NCBI GenBank assembly: GCA_018971675.1
Contig: JAGXAF010000001.1
Coordinates: 611 to 64,610 of the forward strand
DNA length: 64,000 bases
Direction: 5' to 3'
Origin: Bradyrhizobium sp.
GTDB taxonomy: Bacteria; Pseudomonadota; Alphaproteobacteria; Rhizobiales; Xanthobacteraceae
Shown here: positions 19,146-31,653 of the stretch, piece after piece
Layout of the letters: each line of letters begins with the position of its first letter
Position numbering within the stretch: the first letter of the stretch is position 1
Made by a program: the position numbers and the translations under genes
Notes under the pieces: generated by a model
What the model saw: only the letters and a program-made list of their open reading frames with translations
Told to the model about the DNA's origin: nothing
Databases searched by the model: none

Positions 19146-19682
19146 ATGCCGCGTTTGTTTGCCGGACTGGAAATTCCGGCCGAGATCGGCCAGACGCTTT
19201 CCAACCTGCGCGGAGGCCTTCCCGGCGCCCGATGGGTCGATCCCGAAAACTACCACGTCACCCTGCGCTTCATCGGCGATATCGACGGCACGGCCGCCAA
19301 CGAAATCGCCTCGATGCTGTTTCGGGTCAACCGCAAGCCGTTCGAGGTGACGCTGCAAGGCCTGTCGAGTTTCGGCGGCAAAAAGCCGCGCGCGGTGGTG
19401 GCCTCGGTGGTGCCGAGCCGGCCATTGATCGAGTTGCAGGCGGAACTGGAACGGCTGATGCAGCGGATCGGGCTCGACCCGGAGGGCCGGAAATTCACCC
19501 CGCACGTGACGCTCGCGCGGTTGCGCGACGCCTCCAACCGGGATGTCGCGGATTATCTGTCGGTGCGCGGATATTTCCCGACCCGGGTGTTCACCGCCTC
19601 GCGCTTCGTGCTGTTCTCGTCGCGCGCCTCCACCGGTGGCGGCCCTTATGTGGTGGAAGATTCCTACGCGTTGAGCGCCTGA
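19146..19682 (+). CDS. thpR: RNA 2',3'-cyclic phosphodiesterase (2H family)
   Basis: Two HxT motifs (YHVTLRF, PHVTLAR); RBS GGGAGG before MPRLF. Confidence 0.92.
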   Translation: MPRLFAGLEIPAEIGQTLSNLRGGLPGARWVDPENYHVTLRFIGDIDGTAANEIASMLFRVNRKPFEVTLQGLSSFGGKKPRAVVASVVPSRPLIELQAELERLMQRIGLDPEGRKFTPHVTLARLRDASNRDVADYLSVRGYFPTRVFTASRFVLFSSRASTGGGPYVVEDSYALSA

Positions 19683-19785
19683 TCCGTTCCGCTGCCTGCA
19701 AGAGCAGGTCGGGCGAGAAGGTGCATACCTCCTCGCACCAATTCCCGGCTTGCAATTTTCGCTGGTCCGGGCCGTAAAATGGGCC

Positions 19786-20970
19786 ATGCTGTCCACGCCG
19801 GCTTCTTCCTTTGGCGCGCACTACCGGTCGCTGGTTTCCTCCGGCGCGATCGAGGCCGACGCGGCGCAGGCGGCTGCCGCCGAGGCGCTCTCCGATCTGG
19901 AGGCGCGGCTTTCGACCTACAAGCCGGTCCGCAAGCAGGGGCTGCTGGGCCGGTTGTTCGCCGACAAGAACGAACCGCCGCCGCGCGGCCTTTACATCTA
20001 CGGCGATGTCGGGCGCGGCAAGACCATGCTGATGGACCTGTTTTTCCAGCAGTCGCCGGTCGAGCACAAACGCCGCGCCCATTTCCATGAATTCATGGCC
20101 GAGGTGCATGAGCGGATCTACGGCTTTCGTCGGAACATCGCCCGCGGCGAAATGGCCGACGGCGACGTCATCGCGCTGACCGCGCAGTCGATCTTCGACC
20201 ACGCCTGGCTTCTGTGCTTCGACGAATTCCATGTCACTGACATCGCGGATGCCATGATCCTGGGCCGGCTGTTCTCGAAACTGTTCGAACTCGGCACCGT
20301 GGTGGTCGCGACCTCCAACGTCGCGCCGGACGACCTTTACAAGGGCGGCCTGAACCGGGCGCTGTTCCTGCCCTTCATCGCCCAGCTATCGGATCGCCTG
20401 GACGTGTTGCGGCTTGATGCGCGCACCGATTTCCGGCTGGAGAAACTCGCCGGCGCGAAGATGTGGCTGGTGCCGGCCGATCGCGGCGCCGACGCGGTGC
20501 TCGTCAGGGCCTGGAACAGCCTGAGCGCCAACGCGCCCTGCAAGCCGCGTGATATCTCGATCAAGGGCCGCGTACTTCGTGTGCCATGTTCGGCGCATGG
20601 CGTGGCGCGTTTTTCATTTGCCGATCTCTGCGAAAAGCCATTGGCCGCGTCCGACTATCTGCGGCTCGCGCATGACTATCACACCGTCCTGATCGACCAC
20701 ATTCCGGTCATGGATTATCCCGAGCGCAACGCCGCCAAGCGCTTCATCGCGTTGATCGATACGCTGTATGACAATGCCGTGAAGCTGATGGCGTCGGCCG
20801 CGGCCGATCCGGTGTCGCTGTACGTCGCGACCGACGGTGACGAGGCCCGCGAGTTCAAGCGCACCGCGTCGCGGCTGATCGAAATGAGTTCGGAATCCTA
20901 TCTGGCGCTGCCTCATGGCCGCAAGGATTCCGCCGCCAGCGGCGCCAGCACCGGACTGGTGGAGACCTGA
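19786..20970 (+). CDS. zapE: AFG1/ZapE-family ATPase
   Basis: GLYIYGDVGRGKTMLMD, CFDEF.V.DIADAMIL, RFI.LID.LYD. Confidence 0.93.
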   Translation: MLSTPASSFGAHYRSLVSSGAIEADAAQAAAAEALSDLEARLSTYKPVRKQGLLGRLFADKNEPPPRGLYIYGDVGRGKTMLMDLFFQQSPVEHKRRAHFHEFMAEVHERIYGFRRNIARGEMADGDVIALTAQSIFDHAWLLCFDEFHVTDIADAMILGRLFSKLFELGTVVVATSNVAPDDLYKGGLNRALFLPFIAQLSDRLDVLRLDARTDFRLEKLAGAKMWLVPADRGADAVLVRAWNSLSANAPCKPRDISIKGRVLRVPCSAHGVARFSFADLCEKPLAASDYLRLAHDYHTVLIDHIPVMDYPERNAAKRFIALIDTLYDNAVKLMASAAADPVSLYVATDGDEAREFKRTASRLIEMSSESYLALPHGRKDSAASGASTGLVET

Positions 20971-21043
20971 CCGTGATCGAAATCAGGACGGCGGCGGACA
21001 ATTGAGCGTGGCCTGACTTGAACGGCGCAGTCGAAAGGGATAA

Positions 21044-22066
<1,023 letters not shown>

Positions 22067-22233
22067 TCGGCCGGCCAGGCCGCAACGGCCGGAGCCTGCA
22101 ATGCCGCCGGGCGCGAGCCGAGAATGAGCGCGATGAAATTCCGAGGCGGGCCAAAGTTGCAGTTGTTGTGATATACCGGCAAACCTGAAGTGAATCCGCA
22201 GATTCACGGCGCAACGGTCGGGGGAGCGTCCAG

Positions 22234-23430
22234 ATGAATATCCACGAATACCAGGCCAAGGCGCTACTGCACGAGTTCGGGGTGCCGATCTCGAAGGGCG
22301 TGCCGGTGCTGCGGGCGTCTGATTCCGATGTCGCGGCCAGAACGCTGCCGGGCCCGATCTGGGTGGTGAAGAGCCAGATCCATGCCGGCGGCCGCGGCAA
22401 GGGCAAGTTCAAGGAAGCCTCCGCCGGCGACAAGGGCGGTGTACGCATCGCCAAATCGGTCGCCGAGGTCAATGAGTTCGCCAGGCAGATGCTGGGCGCG
22501 ACGCTGGTTACGGTGCAGACCGGGCCGCACGGCAAGCAGGTTAACCACCTCTACATCGAGGAAGGCTCCGACATCGACAAGGAGTTCTATCTGTCGATGC
22601 TGGTCAACCGCGAGACCTCGGAAGTGTCGTTCGTGGCGTCGAGCGAAGGCGGTGTCAACATCGAGGACGTCGCCCACGCGAACCCGGAAAAGATCGTCAG
22701 CTTCTCGGTTGATCCCGCGACCGGCATCATGAGCCATCACGGCCGCAAGGTTGCGAAAGCGCTGGGACTTACCGGTGATCTCGCCAAGCAGGCGGAAAAA
22801 CTGGTGACACAACTCTATGCCGCTTTCGTCGCCAAGGACATGGCGATGCTGGAGATCAACCCGCTCGTCGTCACCAAGCAGGGCGTGCTGCGCGTGCTCG
22901 ATGCCAAGGTGTCGTTCGACGACAACGCGCTGTTTCGTCATCCGGAAGTGCTGGCGCTGCGCGACGAGACCGAGGAAGACGCCAAGGAGATCGAGGCCTC
23001 GAAATACGAGCTGAACTATGTGGCGCTCGACGGCAATATCGGCTGCATGGTCAACGGCGCGGGCCTTGCGATGGCCACCATGGACATCATCAAGCTCTAC
23101 GGCATGGCGCCGGCGAATTTCCTCGATGTCGGCGGTGGCGCCACCAAGGAGCGCGTCGCCGCGGCGTTCAAGATCATCACGGCCGATCCCAATGTGAAGG
23201 GCATCCTGGTCAATATCTTCGGCGGCATCATGAAGTGCGACGTCATCGCGGAGGGCGTCGTCGCCGCGGTGAAGGAAGTCGGCCTGAAGGTGCCGCTGGT
23301 GGTACGGCTCGAGGGCACCAATGTCGATGCCGGCAAGAAGATCATCCGCGAATCCGGCCTCAACGTGCTGTCCGCCGACAATCTCGATGACGCCGCGCAG
23401 AAGATCGTCAAGGCCGTCAAGGGAGCCTGA
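22234..23430 (+). CDS. sucC: succinyl-CoA ligase beta subunit
   Basis: [33 protein letters not shown]. Confidence 0.98.
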   Translation: MNIHEYQAKALLHEFGVPISKGVPVLRASDSDVAARTLPGPIWVVKSQIHAGGRGKGKFKEASAGDKGGVRIAKSVAEVNEFARQMLGATLVTVQTGPHGKQVNHLYIEEGSDIDKEFYLSMLVNRETSEVSFVASSEGGVNIEDVAHANPEKIVSFSVDPATGIMSHHGRKVAKALGLTGDLAKQAEKLVTQLYAAFVAKDMAMLEINPLVVTKQGVLRVLDAKVSFDDNALFRHPEVLALRDETEEDAKEIEASKYELNYVALDGNIGCMVNGAGLAMATMDIIKLYGMAPANFLDVGGGATKERVAAAFKIITADPNVKGILVNIFGGIMKCDVIAEGVVAAVKEVGLKVPLVVRLEGTNVDAGKKIIRESGLNVLSADNLDDAAQKIVKAVKGA

Positions 23431-23434
23431 GCCG

Positions 23435-23914
23435 ATGGCTAATGACCATCTCGCCGCGCCGGCACCGCTGGAGGAGCACCGCAAGCTCGCGGCGTTCGCC
23501 GGCGAGTGGAGCGGCGAGGAGGTCGTCTATCAGTCGCGCTGGCTCACGGGCGGACCCGCGACCTCGCATGTTTCGGCTCGCATCGATCTCAACGGTTTCT
23601 ATCTGATCCAGGACACGGTTCAGAAGCGCGACGGCAAGGATAGCTTCGCGACCCATGGCGTGTTCACCTACGATCGCGAGGATCGGCTCTACAAATTGTT
23701 CTGGCACGATTCGCTCGGCTATTATCCGCCATCGCCGGCTTCCGGCGGCTGGAGCGGCAAATCGCTGATTCTGGTGCGCGGTTCGCTGCGCGGCAACGCC
23801 CGCCATATCTATGAAGTCATCGACGCCGACACCTACAGCCTGAAAATCCAGTTCTCGCCCGACGCGGAAGGATGGGCCGACGTGCTCACCGGCGTCTACC
23901 GGCGCATCCTTTGA
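23435..23914 (+). CDS. DUF1579-like hypothetical protein
   Basis: L..FAGEW.GEE, YD......Y..FW.DS.G motifs; co-oriented inside suc operon. Confidence 0.7.
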   Translation: MANDHLAAPAPLEEHRKLAAFAGEWSGEEVVYQSRWLTGGPATSHVSARIDLNGFYLIQDTVQKRDGKDSFATHGVFTYDREDRLYKLFWHDSLGYYPPSPASGGWSGKSLILVRGSLRGNARHIYEVIDADTYSLKIQFSPDAEGWADVLTGVYRRIL

Positions 23915-23936
23915 CCCGTTTCGCGAAAGCAGTCTC

Positions 23937-24821
23937 ATGTCCATCCTGATCGACAAGAATACAAAAGTGATCTGCCAGGGTTTCACCGGCAAGAACGGCA
24001 CGTTCCATTCCGAAGCGGCGATCGCCTACGGCACCAGGATGGTCGGCGGCACTTCGCCGGGCAAAGGCGGCTCGATGCATCTGGGCCTGCCGGTGTTCGA
24101 CACCGTCGCCGAAGCGCGCGAGGAGACGGGCGCCGACGCCTCGGTGATCTACGTGCCGCCGCCGGGGGCCGCGGACGCGATCTGCGAGGCCATCGATGCG
24201 GAAATCCCGCTGATCGTCTGCATCACCGAGGGTATTCCGGTGCTCGACATGGTCCGGGTCAAACGCGCGCTGACGGGATCGAAGTCGCGCCTGATCGGGC
24301 CGAACTGCCCGGGCGTGATGACCGCCGGCGAATGCAAGATCGGCATCATGCCGGCGAACATCTTCAAGCCCGGCACCGTCGGCATCGTCTCGCGATCGGG
24401 CACGCTGACCTATGAGGCGGTTTTCCAGACCACCCAGGAAGGTCTCGGTCAGACCACCGCGGTCGGCATCGGCGGTGATCCGGTCAAGGGCACCGAATTC
24501 ATCGACATGCTGGAGATGTTTCTGGCCGACCCCAAGACCACCTCGATCGTGATGATCGGCGAAATCGGCGGTTCGGCCGAGGAAGATGCCGCCCAGTTTC
24601 TCAAGGACGAAGCCAAACGCGGCCGCAAGAAGCCGATGGTCGGCTTCATCGCCGGCGTCACGGCGCCTCCCGGACGCCGCATGGGTCATGCCGGCGCGAT
24701 CATCGCCGGCGGCAAGGGCGATGCCGGATCCAAGACCGCGGCGATGGAATCGGCGGGGATTACCGTCTCACCATCGCCCGCGCGGCTCGGAAAAACCCTT
24801 GTTGAAAAGTTGAAGTCGTAA
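23937..24821 (+). CDS. sucD: succinyl-CoA ligase alpha subunit
   Basis: [27 protein letters not shown] (phospho-His). Confidence 0.98.
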   Translation: MSILIDKNTKVICQGFTGKNGTFHSEAAIAYGTRMVGGTSPGKGGSMHLGLPVFDTVAEAREETGADASVIYVPPPGAADAICEAIDAEIPLIVCITEGIPVLDMVRVKRALTGSKSRLIGPNCPGVMTAGECKIGIMPANIFKPGTVGIVSRSGTLTYEAVFQTTQEGLGQTTAVGIGGDPVKGTEFIDMLEMFLADPKTTSIVMIGEIGGSAEEDAAQFLKDEAKRGRKKPMVGFIAGVTAPPGRRMGHAGAIIAGGKGDAGSKTAAMESAGITVSPSPARLGKTLVEKLKS

Positions 24822-24955
24822 TTCAATACTTGCTTCTTTTGAGCGCGAACATTCGCCCCATATAGGGTAAAAGCCGTCTGTCACGCCGATCCGGCCTGCG
24901 GTTCGGCCGTCAGCGCCGTATTCCATGCGCGAAGCGAAATCACCAGGACGCAATC

Positions 24956-27937
24956 ATGTCTCGCCAGGACGCGAATGCCGCATTTGCCCTCTCTTCATTT
25001 TTGCAGGGCGCCAACGCCGCCTATATCGACGATCTCTACGCCCGCTATGAGCAGGATCCGGGCTCGGTCGATGCCGAATGGCAGGAATTCTTCAGGAGTC
25101 TGAAAGATGCGCCCGCCGACGTTCGCAAGAACGCCGAAGGCGCCTCCTGGGGACGCGACAACTGGCCGCTCGCGCCCAAGGACGATCTGACCTCCGCGCT
25201 CGACGGCAATTGGGTGCAGATCGAGAAGGCGGTCGGAACCAAGCTTGCCGCCAAGGCGCAGGCCAAGGGCGCTGACAAGGGCGCTGACAAGGGCACCGAA
25301 CTATCGGCGGCCGACGTCCATCAGGCGACGCGCGATTCGGTGCGCGCCTTGATGTTGATCAGGGCCTACCGGATGCGCGGTCATTTCCACGCCAGGCTCG
25401 ATCCGCTCGGCATTGAGCCGCCGCGCGATCGCGAGGAACTTGATCCGCGCTCCTATGGCTTTGTCGACGGCGATTTCGACCGCAAGATCTTCCTCGACCA
25501 CGTGTTGGGCCTGGAATACGCGACGCTGCGCGAGATCGTCGCCATCTGCGAGCGCACCTACTGCCAGACGCTTGGCGTCGAGTTCATGCACATCACCAAC
25601 GCCGCGCAAAAAAGCTGGATCCAGGAACGCATCGAGGGGCCGGACAAGGAAATCAGTTTCACCCGCGAGGGCCGCCGCGCGATCCTCAACAAGCTGATCG
25701 AGGCCGAAGGCTTCGAGAAATTCTGCGATCTCAAATTCACCGGCACCAAGCGCTTCGGCCTCGATGGCGGTGAATCGCTGATTCCGGCGCTGGAGCAGAT
25801 TATCAAGCGTGGCGGCAATCTCGGCGTCAAGGAAATCGTCATCGGCATGCCGCATCGCGGCCGCCTCAACGTGCTGACGCAGGTGATGGGCAAGCCGCAC
25901 CGTGCGCTGTTTCATGAATTCAAGGGTGGCTCTGCCAATCCCGACGCCGTCGAAGGTTCCGGCGACGTCAAATACCATCTCGGCGCCTCATCGGACCGCG
26001 AGTTCGACAACAACAGGATCCATCTGTCGCTGACCGCCAACCCCTCGCATCTGGAGATCGTCGATCCCGTGGTGCTCGGCAAGGTGCGTGCCAAACAGGA
26101 CCAGCACGGCGATCCACCGGACCAGCGCATCTCGGTGCTGCCCCTGTTGATGCATGGCGACGCCGCGTTTGCGGGCCAGGGCGTGGTGGCGGAATGCTTC
26201 AGCCTGTCCGACCTGAAGGGCTATCGCACCGGCGGCTCCATTCACTTCATCGTCAACAATCAGATCGGCTTCACCACCTATCCGCGCTATTCGCGCTCCT
26301 CGCCCTATCCGTCCGACGTGGCGAAGATGATCGATGCGCCGATCTTCCATGTGAACGGCGACGATCCGGAAGCCGTGGTGTTCGCGGCCAAGGTCGCGAT
26401 CGAGTTCCGGCAGAAATTCCACAAGCCCGTCGTGATCGACATGTTCTGCTATCGCAGGCACGGCCACAACGAAGGCGATGAGCCGATGTTCACCCAGCCG
26501 GTGATGTACAAGAAGATCGCATCGCATCCCGGCACGGTCGAGATCTATTCCAGGCGGCTGATCGCCGACGGGGTGATGACCGAAGGCGAGGTGGAGAAGG
26601 CCAAGGCCGACTGGCGGGCGCGGCTGGATGCCGAACTCGAGGCCGGCACCGGCTACAAGCCGAACAAGGCCGACTGGCTCGACGGCAAATGGGCCGGTTT
26701 CAAATCCGCCGACGCCGAGGAGGACCCGCGTCGCGGCGTCACCGGCGTCGATCTCGCCGTGCTCAGGGGTATCGGCCGCAAGATCACCAGGGTGCCCGAT
26801 GGTTTCCGGGTCCATCGCACCGTTCAGCGCTTTCTGGAGAACCGCGCCAAGGCGATCGAAACCGGCGTCGGCATCGACTGGGCGACCGCCGAGGCGCTGG
26901 CGTTCTGTTCGTTGCTGCAGGAAGGCCATCACGTCCGGTTGTCCGGCCAGGACAGCGAGCGCGGCACTTTCTCGCAGCGCCATTCGGTCCTGATCGATCA
27001 GGAGGACGAGAGCCGCTACACGCCGTTCAACCATCTCGGCGGCGACCAGGGCCATTACGAGGTCATCAACTCGCTGTTGTCGGAAGAAGCGGTGCTCGGC
27101 TTCGAATACGGCTATTCGCTTGCCGAACCGAACGCGCTCGCGATCTGGGAGGCGCAGTTCGGTGACTTCGCCAACGGCGCCCAGGTCGTGGTCGACCAGT
27201 TCATCTCGTCGGGAGAGCGCAAATGGCTGCGCATGTCGGGTCTGGTCTGCATGCTGCCGCATGGTTATGAAGGGCAGGGACCGGAGCATTCCTCCGCCAG
27301 GCTCGAGCGGTATTTGCAACTGTGCGCCGAAGACAACATGCAGGTGGTCCACACCACCACGCCGGCGAATTTCTTCCATGTGTTGCGGCGACAACTGCAC
27401 CGCGAAATCCGCAAGCCCCTGATCCTGATGACGCCGAAATCGCTGCTGCGGCACAAGCGGGCGGTGTCCCGGCTCGAGGAGATGGGCGAGAACACCACGT
27501 TCCACCGCGTCCTCTATGATGATGCGCAGATGCTGCCGGACGAGAAGATCAGGCTGGTGCCGGACGAAAAGATCCGTCGCGTCGTGCTGTGCTCGGGCAA
27601 GGTCTACTACGACATCTACGACGAGCGCGAGAAGCGTGGCATCGACGACGTCTACATCATGCGGCTCGAGCAGCTGTATCCGGTGCCGCTGAAGGCGCTG
27701 GTGCAGGACCTTGGTCGATTCAAGAACGCCGAGGTGGTCTGGTGCCAGGAAGAGCCGCGCAACATGGGCGCGTGGCATTTCATCGAGCCCTATCTCGAAT
27801 GGGTGCTGAACCAGATCAACGCGTCGAACAGGCGTCCGCGTTATGCCGGACGCGCGGCGGCGGCGGCAACCGCAACCGGTTTGATGTCTAAGCACCTGGC
27901 GCAGCTCAAGGCGCTGCTCGATGAGGCGCTGAACTGA
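24956..27937 (+). CDS. sucA: 2-oxoglutarate dehydrogenase E1
   Basis: 993 aa; GMPHRGRLN, GDVKYHLG, HGDAAFAGQG, EAQFGDFAN. Confidence 0.98.
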   Translation: MSRQDANAAFALSSFLQGANAAYIDDLYARYEQDPGSVDAEWQEFFRSLKDAPADVRKNAEGASWGRDNWPLAPKDDLTSALDGNWVQIEKAVGTKLAAKAQAKGADKGADKGTELSAADVHQATRDSVRALMLIRAYRMRGHFHARLDPLGIEPPRDREELDPRSYGFVDGDFDRKIFLDHVLGLEYATLREIVAICERTYCQTLGVEFMHITNAAQKSWIQERIEGPDKEISFTREGRRAILNKLIEAEGFEKFCDLKFTGTKRFGLDGGESLIPALEQIIKRGGNLGVKEIVIGMPHRGRLNVLTQVMGKPHRALFHEFKGGSANPDAVEGSGDVKYHLGASSDREFDNNRIHLSLTANPSHLEIVDPVVLGKVRAKQDQHGDPPDQRISVLPLLMHGDAAFAGQGVVAECFSLSDLKGYRTGGSIHFIVNNQIGFTTYPRYSRSSPYPSDVAKMIDAPIFHVNGDDPEAVVFAAKVAIEFRQKFHKPVVIDMFCYRRHGHNEGDEPMFTQPVMYKKIASHPGTVEIYSRRLIADGVMTEGEVEKAKADWRARLDAELEAGTGYKPNKADWLDGKWAGFKSADAEEDPRRGVTGVDLAVLRGIGRKITRVPDGFRVHRTVQRFLENRAKAIETGVGIDWATAEALAFCSLLQEGHHVRLSGQDSERGTFSQRHSVLIDQEDESRYTPFNHLGGDQGHYEVINSLLSEEAVLGFEYGYSLAEPNALAIWEAQFGDFANGAQVVVDQFISSGERKWLRMSGLVCMLPHGYEGQGPEHSSARLERYLQLCAEDNMQVVHTTTPANFFHVLRRQLHREIRKPLILMTPKSLLRHKRAVSRLEEMGENTTFHRVLYDDAQMLPDEKIRLVPDEKIRRVVLCSGKVYYDIYDEREKRGIDDVYIMRLEQLYPVPLKALVQDLGRFKNAEVVWCQEEPRNMGAWHFIEPYLEWVLNQINASNRRPRYAGRAAAAATATGLMSKHLAQLKALLDEALN

Positions 27938-28013
27938 TTCCTGAATTCGTCGTGCTCCGCGAAAACGGGGCAAGCCGCACGCCAGCGATTTGTTCGCACC
28001 GTGACTGAACTGG

Positions 28014-28045
28014 AGCGTTTTCGAGCGAAGTGGATACCGGTTCGC
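28014..28045 (+). repeat. family A repeat core without the 25-nt insert
   Basis: AGCGTTTTCGAGCGAAGTGGATACCGGTTCGC between sucA and sucB. Confidence 0.75.
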
Positions 28046-28098
28046 ATCGTCGGCCGTCGCGGACGGTGACCGTCAAAGGCCATTTGAGGAAACAGACC

Positions 28099-29379
28099 AT
28101 GACTGAAATTCGCGTTCCGACGCTCGGCGAATCCGTGACCGAGGCCACCATCGGTCGCTGGTTCAAGAAGGCGGGCGATGCCGTCGCGGTCGATGAACCG
28201 CTGGTCGAGCTTGAGACCGACAAGGTCACCATCGAGGTGCCGGCGCCATCCGCCGGCACCCTCGGCGAGATCACCGCCAAGGACGGCGAGACGGTCGCGG
28301 TCGGCGCGCTGCTCGGGCAGATCAACGATGGCGCCGCTGCTGCCAAGCCTGCGCCAGCGGCCTCGAAACCCGCCGCCCCCGCGCCGCCGCCTGCGGCCGC
28401 CGCACCTGCGCCCAAGGAAGCACCCAAGGAAACACCCAAGGAAACACCCAAGGAAACACCGAAGGCACCGCCGGCCGATGCGCCACTGGCGCCGTCGGTG
28501 CGAAAGCTCGCCGCCGAAAGCGGCGTCGATGCCTCGACGGTGCCAGGCTCCGGCAAGGATGGGCGCGTCACCAAGGGCGACATGCTGGCCGCGATCGAGA
28601 AGGCGGCTGCCGCGCCGACCCCGGTCAATCAGCCGGCGGCCGCGGTGCAGGTCCGCGCGCCGTCGCCGGCCGACGATGCCGCGCGCGAGGAGCGCGTGAA
28701 GATGACGCGGCTGCGCCAGACCATCGCGCGGCGGCTGAAGGACGTGCAAAACACCGCCGCGATGCTCACGACCTTCAACGAGGTCGACATGAGCCACATC
28801 ATGGCGATGCGCGCCCAGTACAAGGATGTGTTCGAGAAGAAGCACGGAAGTAAACTTGGATTCATGGGCTTCTTCACCAAGGCCTGCGTGCAGGCGCTCA
28901 AGGATATTCCGGCCGTCAATGCCGAGATCGACGGCACTGACCTGATCTACAAGAATTACTACCACATCGGCGTGGCCGTCGGCACCGACAGGGGCCTGGT
29001 GGTGCCGGTGGTGCGCGACTGCGATCACAAGTCGATTGCCGAGATCGAGAAGAGCATCGCCGATTTCGGCCGCCGCGCCCGCGACGGCCAGCTCAAGATC
29101 GACGAGATGCAGGGCGGCACCTTCACCATCACCAATGGCGGCATCTACGGCTCGCTGATGTCGACGCCGATCCTGAACGCGCCGCAGTCCGGCATTCTCG
29201 GCATGCACAAGATCGAGGAGCGCCCGGTTGCGATCGGCGGCAAGGTCGAGATTCGCCCGATGATGTACCTGGCGCTGTCCTACGATCACCGCGTGATCGA
29301 CGGCAAGGAAGCGGTGACGTTCCTGGTGCGGGTCAAGGAAAGCCTGGAAGATCCGGCGCGGCTGGTGCTGGATCTCTGA
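28099..29379 (+). CDS. sucB: dihydrolipoamide succinyltransferase E2
   Basis: Lipoyl domain ETDKV, PSBD, catalytic DHRVIDG; RBS GAGG before MTEIRVP. Confidence 0.97.
   Translation: MTEIRVPTLGESVTEATIGRWFKKAGDAVAVDEPLVELETDKVTIEVPAPSAGTLGEITAKDGETVAVGALLGQINDGAAAAKPAPAASKPAAPAPPPAAAAPAPKEAPKETPKETPKETPKAPPADAPLAPSVRKLAAESGVDASTVPGSGKDGRVTKGDMLAAIEKAAAAPTPVNQPAAAVQVRAPSPADDAAREERVKMTRLRQTIARRLKDVQNTAAMLTTFNEVDMSHIMAMRAQYKDVFEKKHGSKLGFMGFFTKACVQALKDIPAVNAEIDGTDLIYKNYYHIGVAVGTDRGLVVPVVRDCDHKSIAEIEKSIADFGRRARDGQLKIDEMQGGTFTITNGGIYGSLMSTPILNAPQSGILGMHKIEERPVAIGGKVEIRPMMYLALSYDHRVIDGKEAVTFLVRVKESLEDPARLVLDL
28411..28470 (+). repeat. 12-bp tandem repeat (CCCAAGGAAACA)n encoding PKE(A/T) in the SucB linker
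   Basis: Four near-perfect units plus one degenerate unit. Confidence 0.9.
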
Positions 29380-29437
29380 CGCAGTCGCAGGCCGCGATAT
29401 CAGTGCGATCGATTCGGGGGCTTCGGGGAGCTAGGGT

Positions 29438-30184
29438 TTGACCGACAAGGTCGTCATCATCACCGGCGGCAGCCGCGGCATCGGCCGCGCCACGGCGCTC
29501 GCCGCCGCGGCGCGAGGGTTTCGCGTCGTCGTCGGCTATGCCAGCAATGAAGCCGCCGCGAAACAGGTGGTCGGCGCCATCGAGGCGAAGAACGGCAAGG
29601 CGATCGCGGTGAAATGCGACGTTGCCGAGGAAAGCGATATACTGGCGTTGTTCAAGGCCGCCGATGCGTTCGGCGCGCTGGGCGCGCTGGTCAACAACGC
29701 CGGCATCGTCGGGCCGTCGATGCGGGTCGAGGACATGTCGTTCGAACGCATCCAGCGCATGATGGCCGTGAACGTCACCGGCAGCATGTTATGCGCGCGC
29801 GAGGCCGTGAAACGGATGTCGACCCGCAATGGCGGCCAGGGCGGCGTTATCGTCAATCTGTCGTCGGTCGCGGCCAAACTCGGTTCGCCCAACACCTATG
29901 TCGATTACGCGGCGTCGAAGGGCGCGATCGATTCGTTCACGATCGGACTTGGCCACGAGGTCGCGGACGAGGGCATTCGTGTCGCCGCGATCCGGCCCGG
30001 GCTGATCGATACCGATATCCACGCCAGCGGCGGCGAGCCTGACCGCGCGCATCGCCTCGCCGGCAATGTGCCGATGAAGCGCGTCGGCACGGCCGAGGAG
30101 ATTGCCAACGCCATCGTCTGGCTGATGTCGGATGACGCCTCCTACGTCACCAGCGCGATCCTCGATGTCTCCGGCGGGCGTTAA
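29438..30184 (+). CDS. SDR family oxidoreductase
   Basis: [17 protein letters not shown]; TTG start. Confidence 0.9.
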   Translation: MTDKVVIITGGSRGIGRATALAAAARGFRVVVGYASNEAAAKQVVGAIEAKNGKAIAVKCDVAEESDILALFKAADAFGALGALVNNAGIVGPSMRVEDMSFERIQRMMAVNVTGSMLCAREAVKRMSTRNGGQGGVIVNLSSVAAKLGSPNTYVDYAASKGAIDSFTIGLGHEVADEGIRVAAIRPGLIDTDIHASGGEPDRAHRLAGNVPMKRVGTAEEIANAIVWLMSDDASYVTSAILDVSGGR

Positions 30185-30219
30185 AACCGGTCACAGAATT
30201 CAGCAACAGGATTTCCATC

Positions 30220-31623
30220 ATGGCCAGCTACGACCTCGTCGTCATCGGTACCGGTCCGGGCGGATATGTCTGCGCGATCCGCGCGGCGCAGCTCGGCATG
30301 AAGGTCGCCGTGGTGGAGAAGAACGCCACGCTTGGCGGCACCTGTCTCAACGTCGGCTGCATGCCGTCGAAAGCGTTGCTGTACGCCTCCGAAATGTTCG
30401 AGGAAGCCGGGCATTCCTTTGCGAAGATGGGCGTCAGTGTCGCCGCGCCGACCCTCGATCTTCCTTCCATGATGAACTTCAAGCAGCAGGGCATCGACGG
30501 CAACGTCAAGGGCGTCGAGTTCCTGATGAAGAAGAACAAGATCGACGTCATCGCCGGCGCGGCCAGGATTCTCGGCGCCGGCAAGGTCGAGGTCGCCGGC
30601 CGCGACGGCAAGACGCAGACGGTCGAAACCAAAAACATCGTGATTGCCACCGGCTCCGACATCGCGCGGCTGAAGGGCATCGAGATCGACGAGAAGCGCA
30701 TCGTGTCGTCGACCGGTGCGCTGTCGCTCGACAAGGTGCCCTCGCATTTGTTGATCGTCGGCGCCGGCGTGATCGGTCTCGAACTCGGATCGGTCTGGCA
30801 CCGGCTCGGCGCCAAGGTCACGGTGGTGGAATTCCTCGACCGCATCCTGCCCGGCATGGATGGCGAAGTGGCGAAGCAATTCCAGCGTATCCTGGAAAAG
30901 CAGGGTTTCGCGTTCAGGCTTGGCGCCAAGGTCTCTGGCATCGACACCTCGGGCCAGACGCTGAAAGCGACGATCGAGCCCGCTTCAGGCGGCGCGGCGG
31001 AAACGCTGGAAGCCGACGTGGTGCTGGTCTGCATCGGGCGCGTGCCCTACACCGAGGGCCTCGGACTGAAAGAGGCCGGCGTCGCGCTCGACAATCGCGG
31101 CGGGGTGCAGACTGATTCGCATTTTGCGACCAGCGTGAAGGGCATTTACGCGATCGGCGACGTGATCGCGGGACCGATGCTGGCCCACAAGGCGGAGGAC
31201 GAAGGCGTCGCGGTCGCAGAGATTCTCGCAGGGCAAGCCGGCCATGTGAACTACGATGTCATCCCGGGCGTTGTGTATACCACGCCGGAGGTTTCCTCCG
31301 TCGGCAAGACCGAGGAAGAACTGAAGCAGGCCGGCATCGCATACACCGTCGGCAAATTTCCCTTTACCGCCAATGGCCGCTCCAAGGTCAACCAGACCAC
31401 GGAGGGCTTTGTGAAGATTCTCGCGGATGCGAAGACCGATCGGGTGCTTGGTGTTCACATCGTCGGCCGCGAGGCCGGCGAAATGATTCACGAGGCGGCG
31501 GTGTTGATGGAATTCGGCGGTTCCGCCGAGGATCTGGCGCGCACCTGCCACGCCCATCCAACTCGCTCGGAGGCGATCAAGGAAGCCGCGCTTGCAGTCG
31601 GCAAGCGCGCGATCCATATGTGA
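30220..31623 (+). CDS. lpdA: dihydrolipoyl dehydrogenase E3
   Basis: [29 protein letters not shown]. Confidence 0.98.
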   Translation: MASYDLVVIGTGPGGYVCAIRAAQLGMKVAVVEKNATLGGTCLNVGCMPSKALLYASEMFEEAGHSFAKMGVSVAAPTLDLPSMMNFKQQGIDGNVKGVEFLMKKNKIDVIAGAARILGAGKVEVAGRDGKTQTVETKNIVIATGSDIARLKGIEIDEKRIVSSTGALSLDKVPSHLLIVGAGVIGLELGSVWHRLGAKVTVVEFLDRILPGMDGEVAKQFQRILEKQGFAFRLGAKVSGIDTSGQTLKATIEPASGGAAETLEADVVLVCIGRVPYTEGLGLKEAGVALDNRGGVQTDSHFATSVKGIYAIGDVIAGPMLAHKAEDEGVAVAEILAGQAGHVNYDVIPGVVYTTPEVSSVGKTEEELKQAGIAYTVGKFPFTANGRSKVNQTTEGFVKILADAKTDRVLGVHIVGREAGEMIHEAAVLMEFGGSAEDLARTCHAHPTRSEAIKEAALAVGKRAIHM

Positions 31624-31653
31624 TCCCTGCGTCCGATTCGCGCCGGGCGGGGG

